Positions 10,122 to 20,895 of a DNA stretch of 64,000 nucleotides are shown piece after piece. Made by a program: the position numbers and the translations under genes. Each line of letters opens with the position of its first letter. The stretch's first letter is position 1. The stretch covers positions 1,792,001-1,856,000 of the forward strand of contig CAVUAK010000001.1 in NCBI GenBank assembly GCA_963739455.1, in the 5' to 3' direction. This stretch comes from an uncultured Gemmatimonadales bacterium (GTDB taxonomy: Bacteria; Gemmatimonadota; Gemmatimonadetes; Gemmatimonadales; GWC2-71-9). The notes below the pieces were generated by a model. The model ran no database searches, was not told the DNA's origin, and saw nothing but the letters and a program-made list of their open reading frames with translations.

Positions 10122-10655
10122 TTCTGTTCGTTCGACAGCAAAGAGGTAGACGTCGCCAACCTCTTCATCCCATGTCGTGCCGATCCGCCGCATCCCGATG
10201 CGTTCAGCGATCCGGATCGATTTGTCGTTCCACGGGGGAATAGTGGCGGCTACCCGTACGACGCCCGGCTGCTGGAGTGCCCACTCCATCAGGCCCTGGG
10301 CCGCCTCGCTGGCGTATCCCTTCCCCTCGAACCCGGGATACGTCGCATAGCCCATGATGACCGTGCCTTCCTCGTTGGGCGGTCCACCGAGCCCAACAGA
10401 CCCGATCGCCTGGCCGGTATCTCGCCGCGTCACCACCCAGCTCCACCAGCCGATCTGTGAAGGATCCTTCCGGAGCCTGTCGCGCAGGTCGGGCAACATG
10501 TCTTCCATGAGCGGCGGCGGAGCGAGCGGCTGCGGGAAGGCGCTCGCCGTGATCGCGTTGAGGCGGAGTGCGTTGCCGGCCAGCAGCGCGTCAATCGCAT
10601 CCGGGGTGAAGACCGTCAGGGTCAGGCGTTCCGTGCGGATCGTCGGGAGCGTCAT
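10119..10655 (-). CDS. GNAT N-acetyltransferase (RimJ/RimL-like)
   Basis: IRTERLTL, GYATYPGFEGKGYASEAA, NDKSIRIAERIGM. Confidence 0.9.
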   Translation of the reverse strand: MTLPTIRTERLTLTVFTPDAIDALLAGNALRLNAITASAFPQPLAPPPLMEDMLPDLRDRLRKDPSQIGWWSWVVTRRDTGQAIGSVGLGGPPNEEGTVIMGYATYPGFEGKGYASEAAQGLMEWALQQPGVVRVAATIPPWNDKSIRIAERIGMRRIGTTWDEEVGDVYLFAVERTE

Positions 10656-10729
10656 CGCGGCATGCTTCTCGGGGGAAAGGCCATGGCGTACATTCGTCTC
10701 TGGACAAGTATACGCCTTGGAGGTTCGCC

Positions 10730-11848
10730 GTGACCACCTTCATCAAGACCACGTCATTGCCCACGCGCGGCGCGCTCACGCTGCCCCAGCGCGACTACGT
10801 GAGCTCGGCGGTATTCCGGGAGGAGCAGGAGCGCCTGTTCGCCAACCGCTGGCTCTGTATCGGGCGCGAGGAGCAGGTCGCGAATCCTGGGCAGTATGTG
10901 CTGGTCGACCTCGGGGCCGAGAGTCTCATCGTGGTGCGCGACCGGAAGGGTATTGTCCGGGCGCTCTACAATGTCTGCCGCCACCGGGGCACGCGCCTCT
11001 GTGAGGCAGCGAGTGGCACCATGTCCGAGACGATCCAGTGTCCCTATCACGCCTGGACCTACGGACTCGACGGTCGCCTCATCGGTGTACCCGACCAGCG
11101 CGAGCTCGAGGGATTCGACAAGGCCGACTATCCACTCATCCAGGCGAACGTGGCACAGTGGGAGGGGTTCCTCTTCATCAATCTCGCCGAGGAGCCGGAG
11201 CCATTCGTCGAGGCATTTGCTCCGCTCATCGGACGGGTGGACAAGTGGAACCTCGCGGCGCTCAAGGTGGGCCGGCGCTTCGAGTACGACGTGAAGGCCA
11301 ACTGGAAGTTGCTGTTCCAGAACTATTCCGAGTGCTATCACTGTTCACCGTTGCACCCGACGCTGGTAAAGCTTTCGCCGCCCACCAGCGGCGAGAACGA
11401 CTTGATCGAGGGCCCGATCCTCGGCGGGTTCATGACGATCACGGGTCAGGGCGGGAGCCTCACGCTGAGCGGGCAGTCGTGCGGGGCTCCAGTGGGCGAC
11501 CTCTCCGATGACGATCGCCAGCGCGTGTACTACTACTCGATCTTCCCCAGCATGCTGCTGAGCCTGCACCACGACTACGTCATGGTGCATACGTTCCGTC
11601 CGCTCGCACCCGACCGCACGCGCATTGCCTGCGAGTTCCTTTTTCATCCCACCACCCTGTCCGACCCGGCATTCAATCCGGACGATGGGGCGGCGTTCTG
11701 GGACGGAGTCAATCGCGAGGACTGGCACATATGCGAGATGGCGCAGGCGGGGGTACAGAGCCGGGCGTACCGGCCGGGGCCGTACAGCCGGCGGGAAAGC
11801 CTCAGCGCGGCCTTCGATCGATACTACCAGGATGCGATGGGCGAGTAG
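10730..11848 (+). CDS. Rieske non-heme iron oxygenase alpha subunit (glycine-betaine/choline monooxygenase-like)
   Basis: CRHRG and CPYHAW Rieske ligands; NWKLLFQNYSECYHC...H and EDWHICE mononuclear Fe motifs. Confidence 0.9.
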   Translation: MTTFIKTTSLPTRGALTLPQRDYVSSAVFREEQERLFANRWLCIGREEQVANPGQYVLVDLGAESLIVVRDRKGIVRALYNVCRHRGTRLCEAASGTMSETIQCPYHAWTYGLDGRLIGVPDQRELEGFDKADYPLIQANVAQWEGFLFINLAEEPEPFVEAFAPLIGRVDKWNLAALKVGRRFEYDVKANWKLLFQNYSECYHCSPLHPTLVKLSPPTSGENDLIEGPILGGFMTITGQGGSLTLSGQSCGAPVGDLSDDDRQRVYYYSIFPSMLLSLHHDYVMVHTFRPLAPDRTRIACEFLFHPTTLSDPAFNPDDGAAFWDGVNREDWHICEMAQAGVQSRAYRPGPYSRRESLSAAFDRYYQDAMGE

Positions 11849-11851
11849 CGC

Positions 11852-14470
11852 CTAGCGCAGCTCCATGCTGAGAGACCAGATATCGCTCTGGTGCTCCATG
11901 ACGGTGAAGTAGAAGTGCCCGTTGCGCGCCAGGAAATAGGCGCGCCGCACCCTCGGTCCATCGGCGGCGAACCGCACCAGTTGCCGCTCCGGCCCGCCCC
12001 GCGCCGGGATGCTCCAGAAGCCAGCCGTCGAGTCGTTGGCATTGGAGACGAAATAGAGCTCCCGCCCGTCCTCCGACCAGCGTACATGTTGCGCTGCGGT
12101 GGCGGTCACCAGCCTCGGCGCGCCAGTGCCGCTCGACGGCACGCTCCAGATCCCCCGTGCATTGATGTACGCGATGGTATTGCCATCGGGCGACCAGGCG
12201 GGCCAGCGCCCGCCGTTGCGCGTCTCCCGGCGGATGTGTCCCCAGTGCCCAAGTGAATCGCGCTGGATGACGTAGATCTCCCGCCGGTCATCCTCCCGGG
12301 TCGACTCGAAGACGATCTCGCGGCCATCAGGCGACCAGCGCGGACTCCGGTCCTGGCCCGGATCATTGGTGAGCTGCTGCGTGGCGCCGCCGCCCGACGG
12401 GACGATGAATACGTCGCGCGTGCCCTGCCGGATACTGTGGAACGAGAGCCACTTGCCATCGGGTGACCAGGCCGGGAGGAAATCATCCCGGCTGTCGGAT
12501 GTAAGGCGTACCAGTTCACCCGTTTCCAGCGACAGGCGATAAATGTCCTGGTTGCCCTCGCGATCGGAGTCCAGCGCCAGCCACTTGCCGTCAGGCGAAA
12601 GATCAAATCCCTCGATCACCTGGGTCCCCGAGGTGACCGGGGTCAGCGATGAAAGCACGGTGAGCGCGCGGGGAATCGGCGTGGTGTACACGTTGGAGCG
12701 CAACTCGAGCCGGCTGTACACCAGCATTGTCCCGGCGCGATCGATACTGATGGTCTGCGCCCCGAGCCCGGTGGTGACACGTTCCGCCGGCGCCGCGGCC
12801 CCGCCCGCGCGCGTCAGCGGCAGGCGGTAGATGTCGCGCCCTCCGGCCCGGTTCGACACGAACAGGAGTCCCCGCCCATCCGGCAACCACTGCGGGCTGA
12901 GGTTCATGGCGCCGTCATCGACCAGCGTCGTCTCGGCGCTGTCCGCGAGTGACACGACCGCCAATCGCGTGGGTGCGAAGTTGGCGAAGTTGCCGACGCT
13001 GCCATACACGAAGTCGGCGTTCTCCACGATGAACGCGATGAAGCGTCCATCGGGTGACCACGCCGGTGCTGATGCCCCGCGGATGTCCCACCGCCCCTCA
13101 TGCAACAACAGTCGCCCGCCCTTCACGACATCGGCCACATAGAGCTTGCCGCCGCTCGAGTAGGCGAGCTGCGCACCATCGGGCGACCAGTCGAGCCCGA
13201 AGAGCGGCCCGATCGAGTCACTTCCCGGCACGAGCTGCGCGCTGCCGCCGAGCGTCGGGACCACGAAGATGCCGGCCGGTGTCTGCAGGGCGATCCGGCT
13301 CCCGTCGGGTGACCACTTCGGGGATCGCTGCGGCCGCGGAAGCGCTGGTGCGGGACGCACCGGTCGGTCGCCGTCGCGCTGCTTCACCAGGAGCTCACCC
13401 GCCTCGGGACCACCGGCGATGTACGCGAGCATCTGCCCGTCGGGCGAGAGGGCAGGGTCGAGCTCGAGGCCGGCGTCGAAGGTGAGCTGCCTGGTCTGGC
13501 CCGCCACCACCGTGCCTGATGCTGAGCGGTCATGCAGCAGCACGGCGAGGGCCGCGAGGGCCAGGGCCATCGCGGCCGGCACGATCCACCGGCGCTGTGG
13601 GACGGCCTTCACCAAGGGTACCTGACCGTCTCCCAGCCCCGATTCGATAGCCGGGATCAGCTCGGCGGCTGTCTGCCAGCGCTCACCGGGGTCCTTGGCG
13701 AGTGCACGCTCGATCCCCTTTGCCAGTGCGATCGGTGTATCGGGCCGCTCATCCTGCACTGGTGCCGGGACCTCCGTCATTTGCCGCACGAAGATTCGCT
13801 GTGCGGTCGTGTCGGAGAACGGCGGGTGGCCCGCCAGCATCTCGTACAGCACGGTGCCGATGGCGTAGATGTCGGCGCGATGGTCGACGTCGGGAGCGGC
13901 CGCGGCCTGTTCCGGCGCCATGTAGGCCGGCGTGCCGAGTGTGAGCCCGGCGCTTGTGATGCCGCTGTGATCAGTGGCTTCACTCAGCGCCTTGGCAATG
14001 CCGAAATCCATCACGTAGGCATGCCCGGCGCCGAGCATGACGTTTTCCGGCTTGATGTCGCGATGCACCACGCCCTCGCGATGCGCGTAGCCAAGTGCGT
14101 CGGTGATCTCGCGCCCGATGCGTGCCGCATCGGCAATGGTGAGCCGGCCCATCCGGGTCAGGCGGGCGCGGAGGGTCTCGCCGGTGACGAACGGCATCAC
14201 ATAGAAGAGGAGGCCGTCCACCTCGCCGGAATCGAAGAGCGGCAGGATGTGCGGATGCTGCAGCCGGGCCGCGATCTCGATTTCCCGCAGGAACCGGTCG
14301 GCACCGAGAATGGAGGCGAGGTCGGGGCGCAGCACCTTGATCGCAACCCGGCGCCCGTGCCGAAGGTCGCGCGCGGCGTAGACCCGCGACATGCCGCCCC
14401 GGCCCACCTCCCACTCGACCGCGTAACGGCCGGCGAGGGCGGAGCGGAGGCGGTCAAGCGGGTCGTCCAT
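11852..14470 (-). CDS. Membrane Ser/Thr protein kinase with C-terminal TolB-like (PD40) beta-propellers
   Basis: GRGGMSRVY, VAIKVL, HRDIKPEN, DFGIA and GTPAYMAPE, a TM helix, then many WSPDG repeats. The start could be 14500. Confidence 0.95.
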   Translation of the reverse strand: MDDPLDRLRSALAGRYAVEWEVGRGGMSRVYAARDLRHGRRVAIKVLRPDLASILGADRFLREIEIAARLQHPHILPLFDSGEVDGLLFYVMPFVTGETLRARLTRMGRLTIADAARIGREITDALGYAHREGVVHRDIKPENVMLGAGHAYVMDFGIAKALSEATDHSGITSAGLTLGTPAYMAPEQAAAAPDVDHRADIYAIGTVLYEMLAGHPPFSDTTAQRIFVRQMTEVPAPVQDERPDTPIALAKGIERALAKDPGERWQTAAELIPAIESGLGDGQVPLVKAVPQRRWIVPAAMALALAALAVLLHDRSASGTVVAGQTRQLTFDAGLELDPALSPDGQMLAYIAGGPEAGELLVKQRDGDRPVRPAPALPRPQRSPKWSPDGSRIALQTPAGIFVVPTLGGSAQLVPGSDSIGPLFGLDWSPDGAQLAYSSGGKLYVADVVKGGRLLLHEGRWDIRGASAPAWSPDGRFIAFIVENADFVYGSVGNFANFAPTRLAVVSLADSAETTLVDDGAMNLSPQWLPDGRGLLFVSNRAGGRDIYRLPLTRAGGAAAPAERVTTGLGAQTISIDRAGTMLVYSRLELRSNVYTTPIPRALTVLSSLTPVTSGTQVIEGFDLSPDGKWLALDSDREGNQDIYRLSLETGELVRLTSDSRDDFLPAWSPDGKWLSFHSIRQGTRDVFIVPSGGGATQQLTNDPGQDRSPRWSPDGREIVFESTREDDRREIYVIQRDSLGHWGHIRRETRNGGRWPAWSPDGNTIAYINARGIWSVPSSGTGAPRLVTATAAQHVRWSEDGRELYFVSNANDSTAGFWSIPARGGPERQLVRFAADGPRVRRAYFLARNGHFYFTVMEHQSDIWSLSMELR

Positions 14471-14532
14471 GGTGGGCCGTTGCGGGGGATGCTGGAGCAT
14501 ATCCCCCTTACGGATTCACGGCCACGACGGCG

Positions 14533-15549
14533 TCAGGTGCGCTGGGGGCGGGCCTTGAAGACGCGGAACAGGTAGACGAGCGAGGGCACGAGCAGGACGA
14601 AGCCGACCGCCAGCGCGCCGAGCACGAGGTCCAGCGTGACGTCGGGCGCGGCCGCCTCGGCGATGGTGAGATCGGGCGGGAGCAGGTAGGGATACTGGCA
14701 CAGCGCCCATCCACCCAGGATCAGCACCGCCTGGATGGGCGCGGCGATGCGGGCGAGGCGGAAGCGCCGCTGCCACAGCGCGGTGAAGGTGAGCAGCGCG
14801 AGGCCACCCACCACCACCTGGTAGCCGGGTGCCCAGGGACTTGCCGTCAGCCCCTGCCATACCAGCGGCACGTGACGCCGGGCGACGAACAGTGCGGCCA
14901 TTGCCGCCACGAACACGCCGAGACCGGCGCCAAATGCGCGCAGCCGGAAGTCGTCCTGCAGTGCCGGGTCGTCGGTCTCCATGGTCAGGTACACCGCCGC
15001 CAGGTAGGCACAGAGCGACAGGGCGAGCGCCCCGATGGCCAGGGGGAATGGCTGCAGCCACGGGTGCACAAACGCCTCGATGAAGCTGCCGGACGGGCGA
15101 TCCGGGATGTTGCCTGCGGCGACGGTGCCCGCCGCCACGCCGAGCAACACCGGGGTGACCAGGCTGGCCCACGAGAAGAGTACGCCCCACCGGCGCTGCA
15201 CGTCGTCCCGCTGGCTGTCATACGTCCGGAAGGTGAACGCCGACCCGCGCAGCACGATGCCGACCAGCATGAGGGTGAGCGGGATGTGCAGTGTCACGGA
15301 GAGTCGCGCGTAAGCCGACGGGAAGCAGACGAAGAGCAGGACGACCGCGAGGATCAGCCACACATGGTTGGCTTCCCAGATCGGCCCGATGGCGTCGGCG
15401 ATGAGCGCGCGCTGTCGCTTCCGGCGTGGCCCGGTGGCGAACAGGTCCCATACGCCGCCACCGAAGTCGGCGCCCGCCATGACGAGGTATGCAGCGAGCG
15501 ACACCACGACGCCAGCGGCGATGAGCAGGGCGGGCGTGATCTCAGGCAT
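14533..15549 (-). CDS. cydB: Cytochrome bd ubiquinol oxidase subunit II
   Basis: GADFGGGVW and IGPIWEANHVWLI motifs; overlaps cydA. Confidence 0.95.
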   Translation of the reverse strand: MPEITPALLIAAGVVVSLAAYLVMAGADFGGGVWDLFATGPRRKRQRALIADAIGPIWEANHVWLILAVVLLFVCFPSAYARLSVTLHIPLTLMLVGIVLRGSAFTFRTYDSQRDDVQRRWGVLFSWASLVTPVLLGVAAGTVAAGNIPDRPSGSFIEAFVHPWLQPFPLAIGALALSLCAYLAAVYLTMETDDPALQDDFRLRAFGAGLGVFVAAMAALFVARRHVPLVWQGLTASPWAPGYQVVVGGLALLTFTALWQRRFRLARIAAPIQAVLILGGWALCQYPYLLPPDLTIAEAAAPDVTLDLVLGALAVGFVLLVPSLVYLFRVFKARPQRT

Positions 15550-16882
15550 CGCGCAGCACCGGCGTGTAGATCCGCTGCCAGTCCTCGGCGGTCGGGCTCT
15601 TCGCGATCTGCCGGTACATGAGCCAGACCACCGCCACCGCGAGTGCGCAGTAGAGGAGCGTGAAGAAGGTGAACGGCACGATGAGGCCCGGCATCGGCGT
15701 CACGGCATCGGCGGTCCGCATGACGCCGTGAATGATCCACGGCTGCCGGCCCAGCTCGGTCACCATCCAGCCTGCCTCGACCGCGAGGAATCCCATCGGG
15801 GTGGCGAGGCTCAGTGCGCGGAGGAACGCGCGGTCCTCCGCCAGCTCCCGGCCGCGCCAGGCGAGCCATGTGGCCCACACGGTGATCGCCATCATGAAGG
15901 TGCCCAGTGCGATCATCACCTCGAACGAGAGATGGACCAGCGTGACATTGGGCCACTCATCGCGCGGCACACGATCAAGCCCGGTGACCTCCGCCAGGGG
16001 GTCGCCGTGCGCCAGGACCGAGAGCAGGTAGGGGATCCGGATGGCGTAGCGAGTCTGGCCCGCTTGCTCGTCGGGGATGCCGCCGATGATCAGCGGTGCG
16101 CCCGACTCGGTGTGAAAGTGCGCTTCCATCGCGGCGAGCTTGGCCGGCTGGTGGCGGGCCACCATCTTGGCGCTCCGATCACCTGAGATCGGCTGCAGCA
16201 GTGCCGCCGGTCCACCCACCAGCAGCGCCACGGTGAGGGCGCGCCGGTGAAAGGCGTTCGTGGGCTTCCTGAGGAGGAGGAAGGCGTGTATGCCGGCCAC
16301 GCCGAAGCCGGTCGCCGCGTAGGCGGCAAGCGTCATGTGGATGGTATGTGTCAGGGCCGCCGGGTTGAAGATCGCGGCAATTGGATCGATGCCCGCAGGC
16401 TTGCCATCCACCATGGTGAATCCGGTGGGCGTGTTCATCCAGGCGTTCGCGATGACGACGAAGATCCCGCTGAGTGCCCCACTCAGTGCAACCACGATCC
16501 CCGCCCACAGGTGCGCGCGTGCCGACAGTCTCTCCCAGCCATACAGGTAAATGCCGAGGAAGATCGCCTCCACGAAGAAGGCGAATCCCTCGAGCGAGAA
16601 CGGCATGCCGAAGATCGGGCCGGCGAACTCCATGAAGGTGGGCCAGAGCAATCCCAGCTCGAAGGAGAGCACCGTGCCTGACACTGCCCCCACGGCGAAC
16701 ATGATGGCGGTGCCCTTGGACCATCGCTTGGCCAGTTCGAGGTAGACCGCGTCGCCGGTCACGAGCCAGCGACGCTCCGCCATCACCATCAGCAGCGGCA
16801 TGCCAATGCCTACGACGGCAAAGATGATGTGGAAGGCCAGCGACATGCCCATCTGGGAACGCGCCGCGAGAAGATCGTTCAT
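15542..16882 (-). CDS. cydA: Cytochrome bd ubiquinol oxidase subunit I
   Basis: FHIIF, FSLEGFAFFVEA, QPAKLAAME and ELGRQPW motifs. Confidence 0.97.
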   Translation of the reverse strand: MNDLLAARSQMGMSLAFHIIFAVVGIGMPLLMVMAERRWLVTGDAVYLELAKRWSKGTAIMFAVGAVSGTVLSFELGLLWPTFMEFAGPIFGMPFSLEGFAFFVEAIFLGIYLYGWERLSARAHLWAGIVVALSGALSGIFVVIANAWMNTPTGFTMVDGKPAGIDPIAAIFNPAALTHTIHMTLAAYAATGFGVAGIHAFLLLRKPTNAFHRRALTVALLVGGPAALLQPISGDRSAKMVARHQPAKLAAMEAHFHTESGAPLIIGGIPDEQAGQTRYAIRIPYLLSVLAHGDPLAEVTGLDRVPRDEWPNVTLVHLSFEVMIALGTFMMAITVWATWLAWRGRELAEDRAFLRALSLATPMGFLAVEAGWMVTELGRQPWIIHGVMRTADAVTPMPGLIVPFTFFTLLYCALAVAVVWLMYRQIAKSPTAEDWQRIYTPVLRDA

Positions 16883-16896
16883 GCGGGGGATACTAC

Positions 16897-19686
16897 CTAG
16901 AAGAACACCTCGATGCCGAAGCGCATTGCTCGCGGCGGGCCATAGTAGAACACGGGCTGGAAGTAGTCGTGCGCAGCGGCACGATACAACGGGAGAAGCT
17001 CTTCGGGGCCCGAGATCAGGCCATCGTGGTTGAGGTCGGCCGATGCTCGATAGCGCGGTGATTCGTAGGGTATCGGCTGCGGATTGGCGGTATAGGCCGA
17101 CTCGATCGCGCTATCGATGGTCGCCGGCGACGCGTATGGTGTGCCGGTCTCCGGTCGCACCGAGACCAGGTTCTGGCGGCCCAAAAGGTTGCGGACGTCG
17201 AAATACACGCTGCCTTCCACCTTCCCGAATTGCAGCGGCCGGCGGATGAGCATGTCGATCGTGTTGGTCCAGGGGAGCCGGGCGCTATTTGGCGGGAAGG
17301 GGATCGGCCGGAGCGGATCAACGGGAGTATAGGGAAGGCCGCTCAGGAGTCGCACGATCAGCGAGCCCTGCCACTTCGCGAACGGCTTGCTGCCCAGCAC
17401 CGTCGGCCCGGCGTTGGGCGACACGACACCCTGCAGGATCGCCGTGAACGCGTGCCGCCGGTCGAAGTCGAAGGGGAACTCGATCTGCCCCGGTGTGATG
17501 GTGTCGCCGGTGGCGGGGTCGATGGTGTATGCCGTGCGCACCAGGAAGGCGTTCGATGAGTTCGCCTCGGCGAACTGGAGCGTGTAGAGCAGGCGCAGCC
17601 CCCAGCCTCCCACGACGGCCCGTTCGAGGATGGCCTCGAACCCGCGCACTGTGCCGTAGTCGGCGTTCGCGAAGAGGCTCGAGTCCGGGTTGAAGCCCTG
17701 CGGCACCGAGGCAACGAGGCCGTACATCTGCCGGATGTAGACCCCGGTCTTCAGCAGGAGGGTCGCCGTCGGTCGCATCCGCACATTGAACTCGAATTGC
17801 CAGGCCCGTTCAAACCCGAGGTTGGGGTTGCCGATGCGGAAGCGCCCTGTGCGGTTCACGTCGTCGAATGCGGCGTTCACGAGGTACTGGTAGTCCGGGG
17901 GCTGGCTGAAGTAGCCGAAACTGCTGACGATCGTGAAGCTCTTGAGTACGGTGGAGGCGGCAATCCTTGGATTCAGCGATCGCTGCACCGTGGCTGGCAC
18001 TCCCTCGAAGTCCGACTTGGAGTCGAACTGGTCGTAGCGCAGTCCCGCCGTGAAGCCGAGTTCGTTGATCCGGTACTGTCCTTCCACATAGAGCGCGGCG
18101 GCGGTGGGCGAGAAATCGGAGGCAGTGGCGGGCGGGACACTGTCACCCACCGGGAGATAGCCGAGCACCCGCTGGAAGGTCTGCACCCGCTGCTGGATGA
18201 ACTCTCCGCCGACGAAGAGGTCGCCCTTCGTCCCGAACCCGAGCGTCAGGTCCAGCTGACCGCGTAGCTCGCGGAAGCTGTTCCAGTCGACCGTCCCCAG
18301 TGATCCCTGCGTCTGGAAGAAGGCGGGCACACCCCAGGGCGACCGACTGGAATAGTCGGGCAAGTAGAGGCCCGGGATGGGCTGCTGCGCCGCGATGGTG
18401 TCGCGCGCGCTCGCGATGTCCTCACCGACAACGTTGAACGGCGAGGTGGTGAACGCGCCGAAGAGGAATTTCACCGAGTCGGCCAGCATGCCACGCGCGA
18501 AGCTGCGGTTGAAGTACCCCAGCCTGGCGTCGATGACGAGGGGCAGCTTGGCCGTGGGCGACGAAGTGTGCTGGAAGCTCGCGCTCGCGAGCACGCCGTC
18601 GAAGTTGAGGCCGGGCGCATAGCCGAGGTCGTACTTGTAGAGCTGGTCATACAGCAGTTGCTGCTGGGAGCTGTACAGCCCGAAGAGCCGCAGGGTGTTT
18701 CCCTTGCCGGCTGGGATGATCAGCTTGCCCGCGTAGGAGAGTTGTTGCCCGCTGTTGTGTGGCAACGGTGCAGGGATGCTGTATCGGGGATCTTCGGGAT
18801 TGGTTGGCGCGGGCGCGCTGGTCGGGTCGAAGTCGACGCGCGCATTCAGGTCGATATCGATGACCGCCTTGATACCGGCGACAACAGGGCCGCTGCCCGA
18901 CAGGATGAAGTGGTCCAGGCCCAGGTCGGCGGGTCCAGTGAAGATCCGGTCGCTTTCGTACGCGATCCGGCCGGTCCACTTCGGTCCGCCATCGGTCGTG
19001 ACGACGTTGACCATCCCCGAGATCGCCTGGCCATACTTGGCACTGAAGCCGTTGGTCACCAGTGTGGCCTCAGTCAGCATGTCCAGCGGAATGCGGAGCC
19101 CGATCTGGTTGGTCGACGCATCGAGCTGGTTCTTCACCCCAAGTCCGTCGAGGATGAACGATTGCTCGCCGGGCCGACCACCGCGGTAGCTGGTGCCCAC
19201 AGCACCAGCGCTGAGCATCAGGGCCTCGTCGAGAGAACTGACCGGCAGGTTGTAGAGTTCTTCCGCCGTGTAGCGCTGCTCGGTGCGCGTGGAGAGCGCA
19301 TCCAGGGGGTCGGTGGGACCCGCTTCGACTGCGAGCTCATCGAGTTCGATCGTACTGGAGACGAGGACGATGGAAAGCGTGGTCGTCTCCCCGGACCGCA
19401 CGATCACGTTCCTGATGGCGGTGGGCTGGTAGCCGATGCGACGGGCCCGTACTGTGTAGGTGCCGCTTCGAACCTGGCGGACGCGAAACGTGCCAGAGGA
19501 ATCGGTGACCGCGCCGCGGCCTGTTTCCTCCACGATGATCGTCACGCCAGCGAGATACTGCCCACCCGTCGAGTCGCGTACCCGTCCGCCGATGGCACCG
19601 TCCTGCGCGCTCGCTGCTGCCGGCGCCGCTACCGCGAGCGCCAGCCAGCAGCGCAGGGCTCGCGCGAGTCGCGGCGAGCGGCTCAC
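16897..19686 (-). CDS. TonB-dependent receptor with N-terminal carboxypeptidase-regulatory-like domain
   Basis: Signal peptide from GTG 19686 (SRSPRLARALRCWLALAVAAPAAASA), GFSAKYGQAISGMVNVVT plug, GNPNL, C-terminal RFGIEVFF. Confidence 0.9.
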   Translation of the reverse strand: MSRSPRLARALRCWLALAVAAPAAASAQDGAIGGRVRDSTGGQYLAGVTIIVEETGRGAVTDSSGTFRVRQVRSGTYTVRARRIGYQPTAIRNVIVRSGETTTLSIVLVSSTIELDELAVEAGPTDPLDALSTRTEQRYTAEELYNLPVSSLDEALMLSAGAVGTSYRGGRPGEQSFILDGLGVKNQLDASTNQIGLRIPLDMLTEATLVTNGFSAKYGQAISGMVNVVTTDGGPKWTGRIAYESDRIFTGPADLGLDHFILSGSGPVVAGIKAVIDIDLNARVDFDPTSAPAPTNPEDPRYSIPAPLPHNSGQQLSYAGKLIIPAGKGNTLRLFGLYSSQQQLLYDQLYKYDLGYAPGLNFDGVLASASFQHTSSPTAKLPLVIDARLGYFNRSFARGMLADSVKFLFGAFTTSPFNVVGEDIASARDTIAAQQPIPGLYLPDYSSRSPWGVPAFFQTQGSLGTVDWNSFRELRGQLDLTLGFGTKGDLFVGGEFIQQRVQTFQRVLGYLPVGDSVPPATASDFSPTAAALYVEGQYRINELGFTAGLRYDQFDSKSDFEGVPATVQRSLNPRIAASTVLKSFTIVSSFGYFSQPPDYQYLVNAAFDDVNRTGRFRIGNPNLGFERAWQFEFNVRMRPTATLLLKTGVYIRQMYGLVASVPQGFNPDSSLFANADYGTVRGFEAILERAVVGGWGLRLLYTLQFAEANSSNAFLVRTAYTIDPATGDTITPGQIEFPFDFDRRHAFTAILQGVVSPNAGPTVLGSKPFAKWQGSLIVRLLSGLPYTPVDPLRPIPFPPNSARLPWTNTIDMLIRRPLQFGKVEGSVYFDVRNLLGRQNLVSVRPETGTPYASPATIDSAIESAYTANPQPIPYESPRYRASADLNHDGLISGPEELLPLYRAAAHDYFQPVFYYGPPRAMRFGIEVFF

Positions 19687-20748
19687 TGCAGGTCGATCCG
19701 GTACAGGTCCTGGCCGGCCTCCGCGATCAGCGACCCGCGCGTTGGCCGAAAGCGCGGGACGCTGGTACGCTCCCGGGATGTACTGTACCTGACCGCTCGC
19801 CAGGTTTACCAGCGCAATGCTGCCCCCGAAGTCAACCTGGAGCGGCACTCCTTCACCACTCGTCCAGCGCGTCGCGCTCCCGCCCACGATGGCCACGAGC
19901 TGGTCCCCGACGAGCATCGGATCGCGTGCCACTCCCTGGCCGCCGAAGTCGAAGAGGGTCACCGTGCTCCCATTCGCCTGGCGCTCGAAGATCCGGCTGT
20001 CGAAGGGCAACGTGTACAGCACGGTTCCGGCAGTTCTTCCCGCGGCTGCAGAGGTGGCGTAGTCCGTTCCCGCCAGCACCACCGGGTCGGCTGTGTCCTG
20101 GAGGTTGAGCCGCGCGACCTCGCGACCCACCCGAAGCAGGGTGGGGCGGTCGCAGAACGGATGCTTCGCCCGGACAGGCGGAAACGTCGACCATCGCGAG
20201 GTACGCGAGGTCGTTGCCGCCGATCAGCGACAGGTAGCTCGCGGAAATCTCCAGGACGCCGGCGACAGCAGGATGGGGAACTCGACCCGCGGAACCAGCT
20301 GGTCGGCGGTACGCCATGGCGCGGTGCCAAGCAGCGTGATCGCATCGGCCCCAGCGCCCTTGCGACGCGCCGACTGCACCAGGACGATGATCGAGTCATT
20401 GAGCGGCACCGGGTTCTCGTAGCGCTGGACCGAGTCGAGCGCGGCGGCTGTCCTCGGGCAGCTCTCACTGATCGCCGTGCCTCCCGGCACCGGGAGCGCG
20501 CCGATGCACTGGTTGGATTCGGTGATCCCGCTCCGGTCATAGCTGTAAAGCACGATGGTGTCCCCCGGGAGGAAAGCGGGGGTGAGGTCAGGACCGGGGT
20601 TGTAGGTGAGCTGGACCGGGAGCGCCGGAGAGAACGGACCGTGGTTGGTTTCTCCCGGGTCCTGGAAAGGATCCGAGTGCGCGCAGGCGGTGGATGCCAC
20701 GAGGAGCAGTGGCAGGAGCAGTGAACGGATGCGCCTGCGGAGGGGCAC
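19683..20748 (-). CDS. Hypothetical lipoprotein, propeller-like (several frameshifts)
   Basis: VASTAC lipobox and QLTYNPGPDLTPAFLPG. The true end DLYRIDLQ* overlaps the receptor start (GTGA). Confidence 0.6.
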
Positions 20749-20895
20749 GGGTGCTCCGCGAGAATCGGTGGGTCGCATGTGATGAGCGGGCGCGCGTACC
20801 CGCGGCTGACCGGCACGCAAACGAAAGGACGCCGATGTGCGAAGGGTTCGCACACCGGCGCCTCACTCAGCGATTGTCACTCTAGGTCGATTGGC

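Noticed and set aside
16897..20130. 1077-aa TonB receptor with a long N-terminal extension (ORF track)
   Set aside because: A signal peptide starts at GTG 19686. The extension is the frameshifted tail of the upstream lipoprotein.
18568..20724. 718-aa plus-strand ORF
   Set aside because: Antisense shadow of the TonB receptor and lipoprotein in high-GC DNA; no recognisable motifs.
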